From positions 13,818 to 77,817 of the forward strand of contig CAWGVG010000044.1 in NCBI GenBank assembly GCA_963825865.1: a stretch of DNA of 64,000 bases, written 5' to 3'. Within the stretch, counting starts at the first letter, position 1; the number at the start of each line of letters is the position of its first letter. Below, piece by piece: positions 10,987 through 22,945 of this stretch. The notes beneath the pieces are model-generated. The model saw only the letters and a program-made list of their open reading frames with translations. It did no database searches and was not told the DNA's origin. The position numbers and the translations under genes are program-made. The DNA is from an uncultured Nitrososphaeraceae archaeon (GTDB lineage: Archaea; Thermoproteota; Nitrososphaeria; Nitrososphaerales; Nitrososphaeraceae).

Positions 10987-13900
10987 CTATACCTTCTCCT
11001 TAGCAAGCAAACGGGGAGCCACATTAAGGCTCATCATTTCTTGCAATAACAGTTTGAAAGCGTATGCAATTACTACAGAAGAAATCTTTCCCTTATCCCC
11101 ACACACCCTACAGATATATCTTCGCAGTTTCACATCATAATAAGACAAAAGCCACAACGTTCACAGACATTTACTTCAGCCTTGTCAGACTCTTCAAGCA
11201 ATCTGTCCTTGAGCATCATTGATGCACCATATGCGATAAGGCAATCCCTCTCCATTTCTCCAAACCTAAGACCGCCCCCTCGCGCCCTACCTTCCGTTGG
11301 TTGTTTTGTAAGCATTTGGACTTGGCCTCTTGCTCTACTATGAATCTTATCTGCTACCATATGATGCAGTTTTTGATAGTAAACAACACCAATATATACA
11401 TCAGCAGGAAACTTCTTTCCAGTCCTGCCGTCATACATAACTTCTTTGCCAGTATATTTGAAGCCATATTGTTCCATGACACCCTTAATATCATCTAATT
11501 TCTCGCCAAGAAATGCAGAGCCATCAACAATTCTGCCCCACAATGAAGCAGCTTTTCCTCCCAAAGACTCCATAAACTGTCCTACAGTCATCCGTGATGG
11601 AAATGCATGAGGATTTATCATAATGTCTGGAACAATACCATCTTCAGTATATGGCAGGTCTTCTTGGCTTACCAGCATACCAACAACACCTTTCTGTCCA
11701 TGTCGTGAGGCAAATTTGTCACCGATTTCAGGAATGCGCATGTCACGAACTCTGATCTTGTACATCTTGCCTCCTTCTACAGACTGAGTCATGATAACAG
11801 TGTCAACGACGCCGTTTTCTGATGGCCTGACACCAACCGAAGTATCTCTTCTGTATGGACCCTTGACCTCAAATTCTTTATATTCTTCCATAAATCTAGG
11901 AGGAGATGTTCTGCCGATCAAAATATCTCCACCCGTCACCACTGCCTCGTGCATTATTGCGCCGTCCTGCTCTAGCAAACGGTAGGCTTTTTCTCCTCTG
12001 TAAGCCCCTGATGTTGGCATCTGAGGCTGGAAGTTCAAAGTTATCTTTCATTCCACCAGGGTATTGTTTTGCTTCTGCTTCATAAACCCTATAAAAGAAT
12101 GTTCTGCCAAGCCCTCTATCAACTGATGATTTGTTGAATACTACAGCATCTTCAATATTGTAGCCTTCAAATGGTAGAACGGCAACGACACAATTCTGTC
12201 CCGTTGGACGGTCATCAAGACCTAAGTAGATTAATTGCCTTAGTGCTCACCATAGGTGTCTGAGGGTATAGCATAAAGTGCTGCCTGACGTATGTGCTTG
12301 CATTCATCAATGGCGTTGAAAAGCCAAGACTTTGCTTTGCCATCGCACTTTCATAGGTATTTCTTGGTGATTGATTGTGCTCAGGATAAGGAATGATTGA
12401 AGCTCCGACACCCAAGAATAGCAGATGGAAATATTTCCAGATGAGTGTGCTAGTATTCTCTATCTTTTTTGGATCAATTGCAACATAGCAGTTCTCTTCT
12501 TCGTTTGCATCTACTAGCTCGATCATGCCCATATAGAGCAGATCATTCCATGAAAGGAACTTTTTTGACTATCTTTTCAATTATCTCGTCCGTTACAAGT
12601 GCCTTAGCCATCTCTTAACTACTGCAAGTGGTCTCAGCACTCTGCCAGCGTTGCAGCTAATGTAAAGGCGCTTTGTAGCATTAGCGTTCATTGATGAAGT
12701 AAAGGTATATGCCGACATGAGGATGAATTTTGCCCGACCTCGCCTCATTGACTTAAGCGTGTTTGCTAGATGTTGCCATCCTCTCAATATAACCTATTAA
12801 TCGGCCGTCAACAAACACCCTAGTGCCTGATCTTCCTCATTTATCATTGTCGTCGTCAACATGCCCTGGATTCCAAGTTCATACAACTTTTCTATAATTT
12901 CGGCAGATGAGACGTTGACTGAAATTATAGCGGAAAGCGCAAGATTCTTGACAAGTCCGCAGTTGGAGCCTTCAGGAGTTTCTGCTGGACATATTCTGCC
13001 AAAGTGAGTAGCATGTAAGTCCCTTGCCTCAAAATTAGGCTGGCTTCTACTAAGTGGAGACTGGATCCTTCGCAAATGCGAAATAGTTGACATATAGTTT
13101 GTTCTATCAAGCAGCTGTGTGACGCCTACTCTCCCCCTGCCCCAGTTACCTGTTGCAATGGCGTTATTCAGTTTATCTGACACAATGCCAGGTCTGACAG
13201 CCGCAGCGACAGCATTGATACCACGTTTTTGGCCTGAGCGCTCCAGCTGATACTTCATATCGCGTATCAAATTGCGAAAGGCAGTCCGGAACAGGTCTGC
13301 AAGCATCTGGCCTGCAAACTTGATCACTTTGTTGCCATAATGGTCTTTATCATCAGCATCTATCCAGCCAAGCTTGAGTTCAATTAGTTTGCAGGCTGCT
13401 TCGCCCAAGAACAGGGCTTTTTCATGCCTGTTGTCAGGATTCTTGCCAAGGTGTGGCAAAAGACCCCAGTCAAGCAATGTTTCGGCATCGCTTGATTTGG
13501 AATTCTTCAAGCATGCCTGGTGCAATTCTCTTGCTGATATATACAATTGCATCCCTGCTTCTGCTCACATCTCCTGCTTTCTCAAATGAAGGCTCAAGCT
13601 CATCTTGAATGATTTCATTGAGCGAAACGGAGTCAGCGATATCTTTGTCAGATTCAAGACCCAGAGCCCTTATTAGCGTTATAAGTGGAATATCTACTGG
13701 CGAGCCTGGGATCTTGGTTACTATTGAGCCATCTGGGCGCATTATCAGCTCTAGCTTTGCTCTATAGCCCACAATTGAGGAATAGACTTTGGCCTTGTAC
13801 AGCAGAGTGCCCGTGGCTTCTTCGGCATCAACAATTATTTTATTATATGAAAGATCTTCAAGCCCTACGATCACACGCTCTGAGCCGTTAATGATAAAGT

Positions 13901-14351
13901 ATCCACCGGGGTCCCGGGCGTCTTCGCCAAATTCGACGAGCTTGGACTCAGGCAGGTTGTGCAGAATGCAAGTATTGGACTTCACCATCACAGGCATGTC
14001 GCCTATATGGATAAAGCGCGATTCCAGAATCTTGCCGTCTTCTACTACACTACATTCCAGCATCACCGGCGACGCATAGGTCAAGTTACGGAGCCTTGCT
14101 TCCATCGGGGCAACATGTGTTATCGAGCCATCAAGCTCCATTATTCTAGGCTGCTGGAGTTTGATCTTCCCCAGTTTGATCTTGTAAGGATATTCTGCAG
14201 TTTCTATTTCAATTTCGCCTACTTCGTCGATTATACTTTGGAGCCCCCGCTCCATGAATTCGTTATAAGAGTTCAGGTGCTGCCTTGCAACTCCTTCCCT
14301 TCGTAAAATATCATTGATAATCGGCCACATCTCGATAGAATTCTCTATCAT
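10987..14351 (-). CDS. rpoB: DNA-directed RNA polymerase subunit B (multiple frameshifts)
   Basis: [62 protein letters not shown]-terminus [26 protein letters not shown]. Confidence 0.96.
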
Positions 14352-14358
14352 TGTAGAC

Positions 14359-14634
14359 TCAACCCTCTACGACGTAACGGTAATATACACTTTCACCTGC
14401 GGTTGGGCTCTTTCTAGTTATTTTAATAATATCACCGGGCCTAACATCTAAGTCTTCGAGCGCCTTGTCGCTTTTCATAACGTATGGAAGCTGGCTTGGC
14501 TTGGCGTTGTACTTTTTTAGAATCTCTTCTGCCTGGTCCTTGGGCAGGATTTCGTGTTTTGGCTGGTAAATATGATTAGTTATCTTGACTATCTTTTTTT
14601 CAATAGACAACTTTATTATAATCTCACCAATCAT
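14359..14634 (-). CDS. rpoH: RNA polymerase subunit H (Rpo5)
   Basis: HIYQPKHEIL...QLPYV...PGDIIKITRKSPTAGESVYYRYVV. The true start may be the TTG near 14610. Confidence 0.95.
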   Translation of the reverse strand: MIGEIIIKLSIEKKIVKITNHIYQPKHEILPKDQAEEILKKYNAKPSQLPYVMKSDKALEDLDVRPGDIIKITRKSPTAGESVYYRYVVEG

Positions 14635-15334
14635 TTTGTTACGAGATAACTTTTGCCGGTCAAACCCTCACTTATTATGTAGAAGAACGAGCATATATAA
14701 AATTCCAACCATCCCAAAATATCAAAGATGTTCTTTAATAAACATTTCGATGTATGTGAATTATATCGTCTATCAAAATGGTTAAATTTTATTGATATTT
14801 ACTGCCAACTTCAAACATATTCCTTACTTACTGCTTTATATTATTGTCAATTATTTTTTATTTAACATTGATTCCAGCTATTATCTATATTATACTTGAA
14901 ATACCACCTCCGTATTTTGAAAGGTATTGTAATCATAGTTCCACAGTGGTCATAATTGCTATCATAAATTATGTTCAAACAGATCGAGGTTGTAATAAAA
15001 ATAGTTATACTAGACAAATTCATTCTGAATATATAGAAGGTTACACATGAGTCTTTTTTTTACAATGTTTATGATGTTTATTAAGATTGAGCTATCCTGC
15101 ATGCTTATAGATCTATATTTTGATTGTGGGGCAGAATTGAGCAGGTAATAAACTGCTCAATGACGACTGCGATAATATTAAACAAATTCAATAATAGGTC
15201 TTTTTTAATTAATTTTAATTCAAAACATATTTTCCATTTTAGAGTTAGGAAGTTAGTCATATCTCTTTATGGAGCAGAACGCCAAAAAGATAAATAGCAA
15301 TATAAACAAAGCAGGTCAGGTGTTCGTCAAGGGT

Positions 15335-16613
15335 ATGAATTACAAAGCTTATACACTAATTGTAATACTATCGGTATCAATTGCACTGATTGGTGCTAAT
15401 GCTGCATTAATAAGAGGAGCATTTTCTCAAACTAATTTGGTGACTGTAAAGACAGACAAGGCAGAATATCAAAAGGGCAACTTGATCATAATTTCAGGAA
15501 AAGTTGAAACTCTAAGAGCAGGAGCTGAAGAGCCACTTTTGGTTCAGGTTTTCAATCCAGCAGGTGCGAGCGTACAGAGCGGATTTAGTTAACATAGCCG
15601 CCAATGGATCATATAATGATAAGTTGAACATTGGAGGTCAACTTGGAATAAACGGGCGAATACAGAGTTGTAGTGACATACGACAAGGCAAATGAACAAA
15701 GTTTATTTCATTTTGTATCAACTACTGCACCACACAACGGCAATAACACATACAATCTAAATATTAATGGTAAAGCCTACCCACTCGCTTATCAGATCAC
15801 AGGTGCAGGTAATAAACTCAATAGCATTACCGCACAACTTGACAATACAACGCTGCTCCTAAACACATGTAGCCCAATCAAACGGAAAATTGACAATTGA
15901 ACTTCCAAGAAATGTAATAGACTCTAAAAAACAGGGTAACACTGACGAGCCTTATGCAGTCTGGGAAGATGGTCAACCTCAATCTGCTGACGAAATAAAT
16001 ACAAAAAATAATTCACAGGCAAGGACATTGGCAATTGACTTTGATAAAGGTAATGGCCAAATCGAAATTGCGGGTAATAAAATAGTGCCTGTGACCACAA
16101 CTCAAGCTGGAGCTAGTGGTAACAGTAACTCATCCATTACTGCTGCGCATGCGGTTGGTCTTAATAATACAATTAATCTTAAATTTGATGGTAAAGCCTA
16201 CCCGCTCGCTTATCAGATCACCGGTGCCGGTAATAAACTCAGTAATGTAAGTGCACAGAGAGATAATACAACGCTGCTCCTAAACACTGGTAGCCCAATC
16301 AAACGGAAAATTGACAATTGAACTTCCAAGAAATGTAATAGACTCTAAAAAACAGGGTAACACTGACGAGCCTTATGCAGTCTGGGAAGATGGTCAACCT
16401 CAATCTGCTGACGAAATAAATACAAAAAATAATTCACAGGCAAGGACATTGGCAATTGACTTTGATAAAGGTAATGGCCAAATCGAAATTGCTGGTACTA
16501 AAATGACACCGGAATTTGGTACAATCGCTATAATCATACCCGCCATAGCAATAATAGGAATCATCATAGCTGGTGTCAAATACAAGCAATTTAGTTTTCG
16601 GCCAAGGCAGTAA
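15335..16613 (+). CDS. Secreted PEFG-CTERM surface protein with a duplicated domain (frameshifted over four ORFs)
   Basis: Signal peptide, VTVKTDKAEY Ig-like start, two LTIELPRNVIDSK...IEIAG domains, then C-terminal PEFG + transmembrane helix + basic tail. Confidence 0.85.
15767..16500 (+). repeat. Intragenic direct repeat, about 310 bp x2, period 421 nt
   Basis: 15767-16080 matches 16188-16500. The stretch 15871-16071 is identical to 16292-16492 by eye. Confidence 0.92.
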
Positions 16614-16625
16614 CTTTTGCTTCCT

Positions 16626-17010
16626 TGTCCTGCCATAATGAAATTTATGCATGAAGTAATGGCACCTGAAGATGTTGAGACGGTCCTTGACTTTATAGCT
16701 TATTGATTATGGCATGCTTTTCCGCTTCACAAATATCTTTTGTTCAATGGTTCTGGCAGAAATGGGAAGCCGTTATGCTCGAAATAATTAAAAGACTTTT
16801 GGGGGCAACAAAATGTTTCGGGTGAAAGTCTTCACCGGTTGTTGGAAAACAGATTTGCTACAGCTGAACTGTATGGTAAGCTAGCCAATATAGATGCTGA
16901 CTTATCAAAAGAAGCGCTCAAGAACACAGGTACACTCAAGAAGATGACAGGTGGAGATTACATACCTGCAGAGGAAAAGTTTCCACCTGCATTTAAATTT
17001 GTCATGCTAA
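16626..17010 (+). pseudogene. Fragment of a D5/P4-type primase-helicase (SF3)
   Basis: CPAIMKFMHEV...FIAY*LW...LLFNGSGRNGK (Walker A), then RFATAELYGKLANIDAD...LKKMTGGDYIPAEEKF. In-frame stop, frameshift, truncated at both ends. Confidence 0.8.
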
Positions 17011-17254
17011 ATTGCTTTTTTCCGCTAATGAGATCCCACAGTATTTTATGCTCAAATATGGCATTCCATTGGTAGTAAAGAAAAGTATGGAATCTTAAGA
17101 CAGTTGAGGCAACTCGACTACACAGCAGTTGACCCTCTGCAAATCTTTGGAATTTCTTACCAGCACCTTTGATGCGCAATATAGCGCATAAGGTTTCAAT
17201 CTCAGTCGGTTTCTAACACTTCATTTTTAGGAAAAAAGTCTCCTATCTTAGGAG

Positions 17255-17490
17255 GTTGAAGCATTAACACGAACTGAAGTACGTCTAGCTAATGGTTCAG
17301 ATTCTATAACCGTGCCTCGCTATAACAAATGGATTGTATAAGTGTGGCATTTCGGAGTGGATGCACTAGATTAATATGCAAAGAAGGAATTCCATGTTAC
17401 TTTCGAAGAAGGCATCTCAGACCTGTATATGATTTATACTAAACGTATGAAAGATGGCAAGAGTATAGTTAGAGTATAACGACAGACAAA
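17255..17490 (+). pseudogene. C-terminal fragment of an uncharacterised protein
   Basis: One frame with three TAA stops: VEALTRTEVRLANGSDSITVPRYNKWIV*VWHFGVDALD*YAKKEFHVTFEEGISDLYMIYTKRMKDGKSIVRV*RQT. Confidence 0.55.
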
Positions 17491-18075
17491 TCTATGACTG
17501 AGTGCTAAAGAAGCCACAGTTAATCGGGATGCAAATGTACATTGTACAAGTCGCTAAGTTGTACTCATTATCTGTGGATTCCAATACGAGGAGCGAATCC
17601 TGTATTCCTACCATACGAGTTGCCATTACTGTATCTTTCTTTACCAAGACATGACTTGGATATTGAAGACGTAACGCATGAAGGACTTAATTACTTGAGG
17701 CTTCAAATCCTGCTGCCACTTTTTAGAACTCTGGTTATTTATAATTGAATTATGTTTGTTCATCTGTTTGTTTGATTTTTCGGCTCCATTCATCACCCCC
17801 GATATATTTACCAAAGATATTTTCAACTCTCAGGGTAAGAAGATCGTCAACTAATTTTCAGCAACGCCAGGTGCAAAAAAATGACAAGTGAGTGGCTTCA
17901 ATGGTTCAGTTACAGCCAATAACGCTTAATATAAAGTCTTGAACTTAATCTTATTCTAATGTTTTTAGGAAGCGGAATAAATCATCTTTAGCCCTTTTTC
18001 CTGAAGCTAACACTCTTTGTACTCATTTGGTATACCCAGTTTCAAAAGCTCTGCTCCTCACTTTATCATTGATTA

Positions 18076-19081
18076 TGCTCTGTTGCATAATTCATTAGGA
18101 TTTTAGGTTATGCAAACCGTTAGCTAGGTCATTCGATTGAACATGTTATACAGAGACTGCCTTTAGGAGGATTCTCTTTTACCATGTGAGGAAACTTTCT
18201 AGCTGTTACATGTTCACCAAATGTTCTTTTAATGGAAGAGAATGCTGTTTCTGCTATCCACCTGTACCCATAGCTCACGCTACGCTTCCATTTTTTGAGG
18301 TTTGTCTGTTGTTGTCTTACTACAGACATATTCCTAGCATGACAGTTAGTTGACTTGACCTTGGAATTACTTCTTGTCTTTATACCAGGCTTAATGTGGT
18401 TCTTTGATAGGTATCTAAAATTGTTATTGCTGTCGTACATACCATCTGCTAATATACCCTTCAGATTATTATTTTCAGAAGCATTGTCTACTAACTTCTT
18501 TAGCATCTTACCATCATGTACCTCTTCACTTGTTACCTCCAGAGATACAATTCTTTTCTTCTCGATATCAACTGCTATGTGTATCTTTAGATATCCTTTT
18601 CTGACATGCCATTTGTGGTGCATCCATTCCCCTCGATTAGCTACCTTAATGCCGGTGCTGTCTAAAGCAATGACAATATCATTTCCTAATTTTTCATCGA
18701 TTTTAATCTCTAGCCTGTTTATACGTCTATTAATGGTGCACTATAATGTGGTGTGTTTGATACTTCTTTACTTGCATGAGCTATGACTACACCCTGTGTT
18801 TGTCTATATGGTAGATGGAAATATGCTCTCATGTAACCTAGAAGCTGAATAAATGAATTTGGGTAGCAGTAGGGCTCACCAACCTTACCAAGGTTCATTT
18901 GACATAATTCATGATCCCATCGATCAAGTACATCAAAATCCAAGAGTACTTGACCACGCCTAACTAGTGATTCATTATAGCAAGGCCAGTCAACCATACC
19001 AGAATAATTAATACTAGCAAGCTAAATGGTGAGTGGTCAAATAAGTATCACTTACAAGATGATTAATCATGCAACAAAGCA
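18076..19081 (-). mobile_element. IS5-family (IS903-like) insertion sequence with a frameshifted transposase
   Basis: TIRs TGCTCTGTTGCATAATT (18076) and TGCTTTGTTGCATGATT (reverse complement ending 19081). Flanking direct repeat ATTGATTA at 18068-18075 and 19082-19089. Transposase motifs W..YNESLVRRG, LPYRQTQG, IALDSTG, GYLKIHIAVD, ADGMYDS, RWIAETAFS. Confidence 0.93.
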
Positions 19082-19117
19082 ATTGATTATACATTGTGGT
19101 ATCAGGTCGATTCACCG

Positions 19118-20842
19118 TCAAATTGATGGAGAATCTTCATCGTCATTCTGTTTTTTAGAGGATGCCTCTATTTCTAACTTGTTCGATGTTGATTGTGATT
19201 GTGTCATGTTTCTTTTTAAAATGAGTACAAGTGCAATAGATATAGCAGAAATTAATGCAGCTGTTAGAAATATCAGGTTATAAGATATTGGTGAAGGAAA
19301 AGAGGTGCTGCCACTACTAACTCCTTTTGCAAACACCTGATGGGTTTGCATGTATATTGCTGCAATAGCTGGTCCAATTGAGCTTCCAATTAGCACGAGT
19401 ACGACTGACATCCCAAGTGATACTCCACTAAATTGTAGTGGAGTGTATTCCATTGTGATATTAAATGCACCCACTTGTATCAATGAGATTCCACCGGCTA
19501 CTATTGCTAGATTTATTGCAATCATAAATTCTGTTGAGTGGAACATAAAGAGGCTGAAAAAACCAATGGTCATAATGATAGTTCCTGCTATAGTTGGGAT
19601 GAAATTACCTATCTTGGATACAATGAAACCAGAAGAAGGAGCGAATACCAAAAACACGATCATGAATGGTAGTTGAACCATTGCACTCGCTACGGCATCT
19701 CCGCCAAATCCAAACGGAAGAGGACTTCTTACTAATATTGGTGTAGTCTGATATGCCATGAACATAGTCATTCCAAAAATCAAGATAAGGATATTTGCAG
19801 GAAGAAGTACTTTATGTCTCATTAAACTGAGCTCAATTAATGGCGATGATGCTCTTCTCTCTATAATAACAAATAAGACTAATGATCCGACGGACAACAA
19901 GGCTAATGACACGATTATAACCTGTGTAGAATGTGCGCCGACGTTACTACTACTATTACCATTTCCAATATATGTAAGCGTTAGTAAAAAGGAGGCTATC
20001 GTAACAGCCAAAGTTATGGCTCCTTTTACATCAAGGTTTTGCCTTCCGCTATTATTAGCACCAACCCCGCATGGGTCTGGAGAAGACACTCTACTGGACT
20101 CGGTATTGGCATCTGCTTGCGTCAAATTTCCTTCTTCTTTTTCTACACCCCCAGTCCTCTTGTTATCACCATGAATTAACCTATTGATTACTATCCAAAG
20201 GCTAATAGCAACTGGCACTATCAAAAGAAATGTAGCATGCCAGCCAAAGCTTTGGATTATACTTCCACCTACTGCTAATCCCACTACCGATCCTGCAGCA
20301 AACATTGAGCTGAATACTCCTACACCTATTGCAAGCTTCTCCTTTGGCAACTGGTCTCTTATAATTCCAAAAGCTATTGGAAACATGGATATACCTATAC
20401 CTTGAATAACTCTTGCAGCAAGTAGAAAAGATATGTTCGTTGAGAATCCTCCAGCAAAAATTCCTATGATATAAATTATCAATATTATCGCTACCATTTT
20501 CTTCCGTCCGTAGATGTCAGATAACTTTCCGGCAATGGGAGTAGCGACAGCACCTGAGATAAGATATGCTGTGAGTATCCAAGACAATGTACTATACGAA
20601 ATATCGAAATCCTGGATGATGTCACGAATAGCGGGTAATAACATCGTCTCACCGTACATTGTAATTAGAATGGTGGATCCTAGAATCGCAAGTGTAATCC
20701 ATGCAGACGTTGTAATTTTTTTAGAAGTTTCTAGCGACTCTGATTTTGAGTAAGTTGATGACTCTGGTCGTCGTTGGTTCTCTTTGTGTGCTTTGCTATT
20801 GTGAACCCTCTCGTCTTTGTTTAAATCATCCATCATAATCAC
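19118..20842 (-). CDS. MFS transporter (14-TM drug:H+ antiporter-like)
   Basis: Motif A GKLSDIYGRKK, ARVIQGIG, many hydrophobic segments. Confidence 0.92.
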   Translation of the reverse strand: MIMMDDLNKDERVHNSKAHKENQRRPESSTYSKSESLETSKKITTSAWITLAILGSTILITMYGETMLLPAIRDIIQDFDISYSTLSWILTAYLISGAVATPIAGKLSDIYGRKKMVAIILIIYIIGIFAGGFSTNISFLLAARVIQGIGISMFPIAFGIIRDQLPKEKLAIGVGVFSSMFAAGSVVGLAVGGSIIQSFGWHATFLLIVPVAISLWIVINRLIHGDNKRTGGVEKEEGNLTQADANTESSRVSSPDPCGVGANNSGRQNLDVKGAITLAVTIASFLLTLTYIGNGNSSSNVGAHSTQVIIVSLALLSVGSLVLFVIIERRASSPLIELSLMRHKVLLPANILILIFGMTMFMAYQTTPILVRSPLPFGFGGDAVASAMVQLPFMIVFLVFAPSSGFIVSKIGNFIPTIAGTIIMTIGFFSLFMFHSTEFMIAINLAIVAGGISLIQVGAFNITMEYTPLQFSGVSLGMSVVLVLIGSSIGPAIAAIYMQTHQVFAKGVSSGSTSFPSPISYNLIFLTAALISAISIALVLILKRNMTQSQSTSNKLEIEASSKKQNDDEDSPSI

Positions 20843-20974
20843 TTACTTTTGGATTAAATGAGATAATATATAATAGCACATTTTATAAATAGCGTTCCAT
20901 GTTCCAAAATAAGAAATATAATCAAGAAAAACATGCCACAGAAATTACTCTATTGAGTTCAAATGAAAACGTCA

Positions 20975-21014
20975 TGGTAACAGGTGGTAGCAGAGTGGTA
21001 ACAGGTGGTAGCAG
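20975..21014 (+). repeat. Tandem 19-bp repeat TGGTAACAGGTGGTAGCAG x2
   Basis: Copies at 20975-20993 and 20996-21014. Confidence 0.85.
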
Positions 21015-21065
21015 GCAGCTTTATCATTCTTTTTTATTGTATATTTATTATATACATTTAGATAT

Positions 21066-21165
21066 ATGGTATTAACAAGACAGGAAGGAGAAAAGACTTG
21101 TTAGACCTCTACAATCAAGGAAAAAACACACGTGAAATATCTGAAGAGGCTAGAATGTCATTTAA
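21066..21165 (+). pseudogene. Decayed N-terminal HTH fragment
   Basis: MVLTRQE, then (shifted) DLYNQGKNTREISEEARMSF, which is HTH-like and truncated. Confidence 0.5.
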
Positions 21166-22009
21166 TCTCAAAAGTTCCTAGATGATTTGGCTAAAGAAAG
21201 TCTACCTATGATGTATTCTACCTCATTAGAGGGTATAAAACAAATTCTTAAAGAATGTTGGAATGTATATGAATCGTTAGATGAGTCAATAAACTATTTT
21301 CAAAGATTAGCAGCTCTAAGGAAAAGAATACATTTTCCCGCAGTTCAAGATAATAGATATCTTACGTCTCATTCCTTCTCTGCGTTGGTCCAAATGTGTC
21401 TCCTATTCTTCTGAATATTTCTATTCCCCACTCCCAATTATAACCTGCGAGCCCTACAATCATTCCACATCCTTAGAGCTCTGACTTTTGTGCACTACTT
21501 ATACCTATCAATCCTATAATAGTTCGATTCAAACTCCCATAAATCTATCAACAAGCATTTCACAAACTATTTTCTCTTAGAAGAGTGCCTTACTTTTATA
21601 ATTTTTGTATATTGTTTCCTTATCGCTTTCCCATACTAGGGTTGAAAATAAATGAGCATAACGTTCAAGAAATTACCTATGTTCACTTAGATCTTTAGAT
21701 GCGTCCCAGAATATAAAAAGAGGACAAATGAGACATTAAATACTGTAAAGCCAAAAGTAAAGGCAGACAAAAATTCTAGGTGTTTGAATTAAACCATAAA
21801 GGAATAAAAGAGATTAATAATAAAAGAAATATGGACCAGTCCATGGCATTAGCCTGCTTTCATAATAATAACAAATTTGATAATAAAGATAGATCTAAAA
21901 ATAAATATTTGGTTGGTTGGTTGATTGATTTGTCGATTGAATGTCTGCTAGATAATGCTATCTATGGTCTTACAGTAGTAATAAATAAAGTTCCCTAAAA
22001 TTAAGCAAC

Positions 22010-22807
22010 ATGAAGCTTGTTGTATCTACTACCGAATTAAAGGCCTTATCTAATAAATATAAAAAGAATTTACTTATAATAGATACCAGACCATTTTCAG
22101 ATTATACAGTTGGCCATATTCCAAATGCCATTAACATAGACCTGATGCAGTTTCACTGGCTTGACACTACCAAAGTAGGCATTGCACAATTTAACAAACA
22201 GATGAAGATTCTTATTTCAAATATTGGTATCACAAGAAGCAAGTTTGTAGTCTTTTACGACAATGTCTCAGGACCTTCTGCAGCTAGAGGAGTTTGGTTA
22301 TTGCTTTATTTCTCACACAATAAAGTTGCAATGCTCAACGGAGGATTTGAGAAATGGAAGAAAATAGGTCGTGAAGTAGAAACAATGAGCAATCAATTTA
22401 TTCATTCCAATTTTGAAGGTAGACCTAATTCTAAAATACTTGCAGATTTTAAGGAAGTAAAATCAGCAGTACATAAGAAGAATGTGAAAGTCATAATCGA
22501 CACGCGTTCTAAATCGGAGTATAATGGTTCTACCGTACGAGGTGCGAGAGCTGGACACATACCTACAGCAATAAATATCGACTGGAATAATAATATTGAA
22601 AATGATATTTTCAAACAGCGTATAAAGATAAGACAAATATATTCACATATTCCAAAGCACAGAGAGGTTATAACGTATTGCCAAGGAGGATACAGAGCCG
22701 CTAACACCTTTGTTGTTTTGAAAATGCTTGGGTATGAAAATGTTAAAATGTACCTGGGTTCATGGGGAGAATGGGGTAATAAATTAGAGTTACCTGTTGA
22801 AAAATGA
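22010..22807 (+). CDS. Tandem-domain rhodanese / sulfurtransferase
   Basis: GHIPNA and GHIPTA, active-site loop YCQGGYR, YLGSWGEW. Confidence 0.93.
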   Translation: MKLVVSTTELKALSNKYKKNLLIIDTRPFSDYTVGHIPNAINIDLMQFHWLDTTKVGIAQFNKQMKILISNIGITRSKFVVFYDNVSGPSAARGVWLLLYFSHNKVAMLNGGFEKWKKIGREVETMSNQFIHSNFEGRPNSKILADFKEVKSAVHKKNVKVIIDTRSKSEYNGSTVRGARAGHIPTAINIDWNNNIENDIFKQRIKIRQIYSHIPKHREVITYCQGGYRAANTFVVLKMLGYENVKMYLGSWGEWGNKLELPVEK

Positions 22808-22945
22808 AACAATATAGGGGGAGACACTTATCATTATAGATAAATGTCTGTCTACCTACCCAGTAGCTTTGTCAGATTAGCTCTTCTTCACGAAAATCAG
22901 AATAACGATAAGGATTAAAAAATTAATTACGGCGAAGCAATATAG

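Noticed and set aside
16700-16712. Selenocysteine read-through at the in-frame TGA of the helicase fragment
   Set aside because: The fragment is also frameshifted and truncated, so simple decay explains it.
20975-21014. Possible mini-CRISPR array
   Set aside because: Only two 19-bp copies 2 nt apart, with no spacers and no cas genes.
21180-21998. ORFs 21187..21414 and 21780..21998, and a possible minus-strand relic
   Set aside because: No recognisable motifs; cannot be supported as genes.
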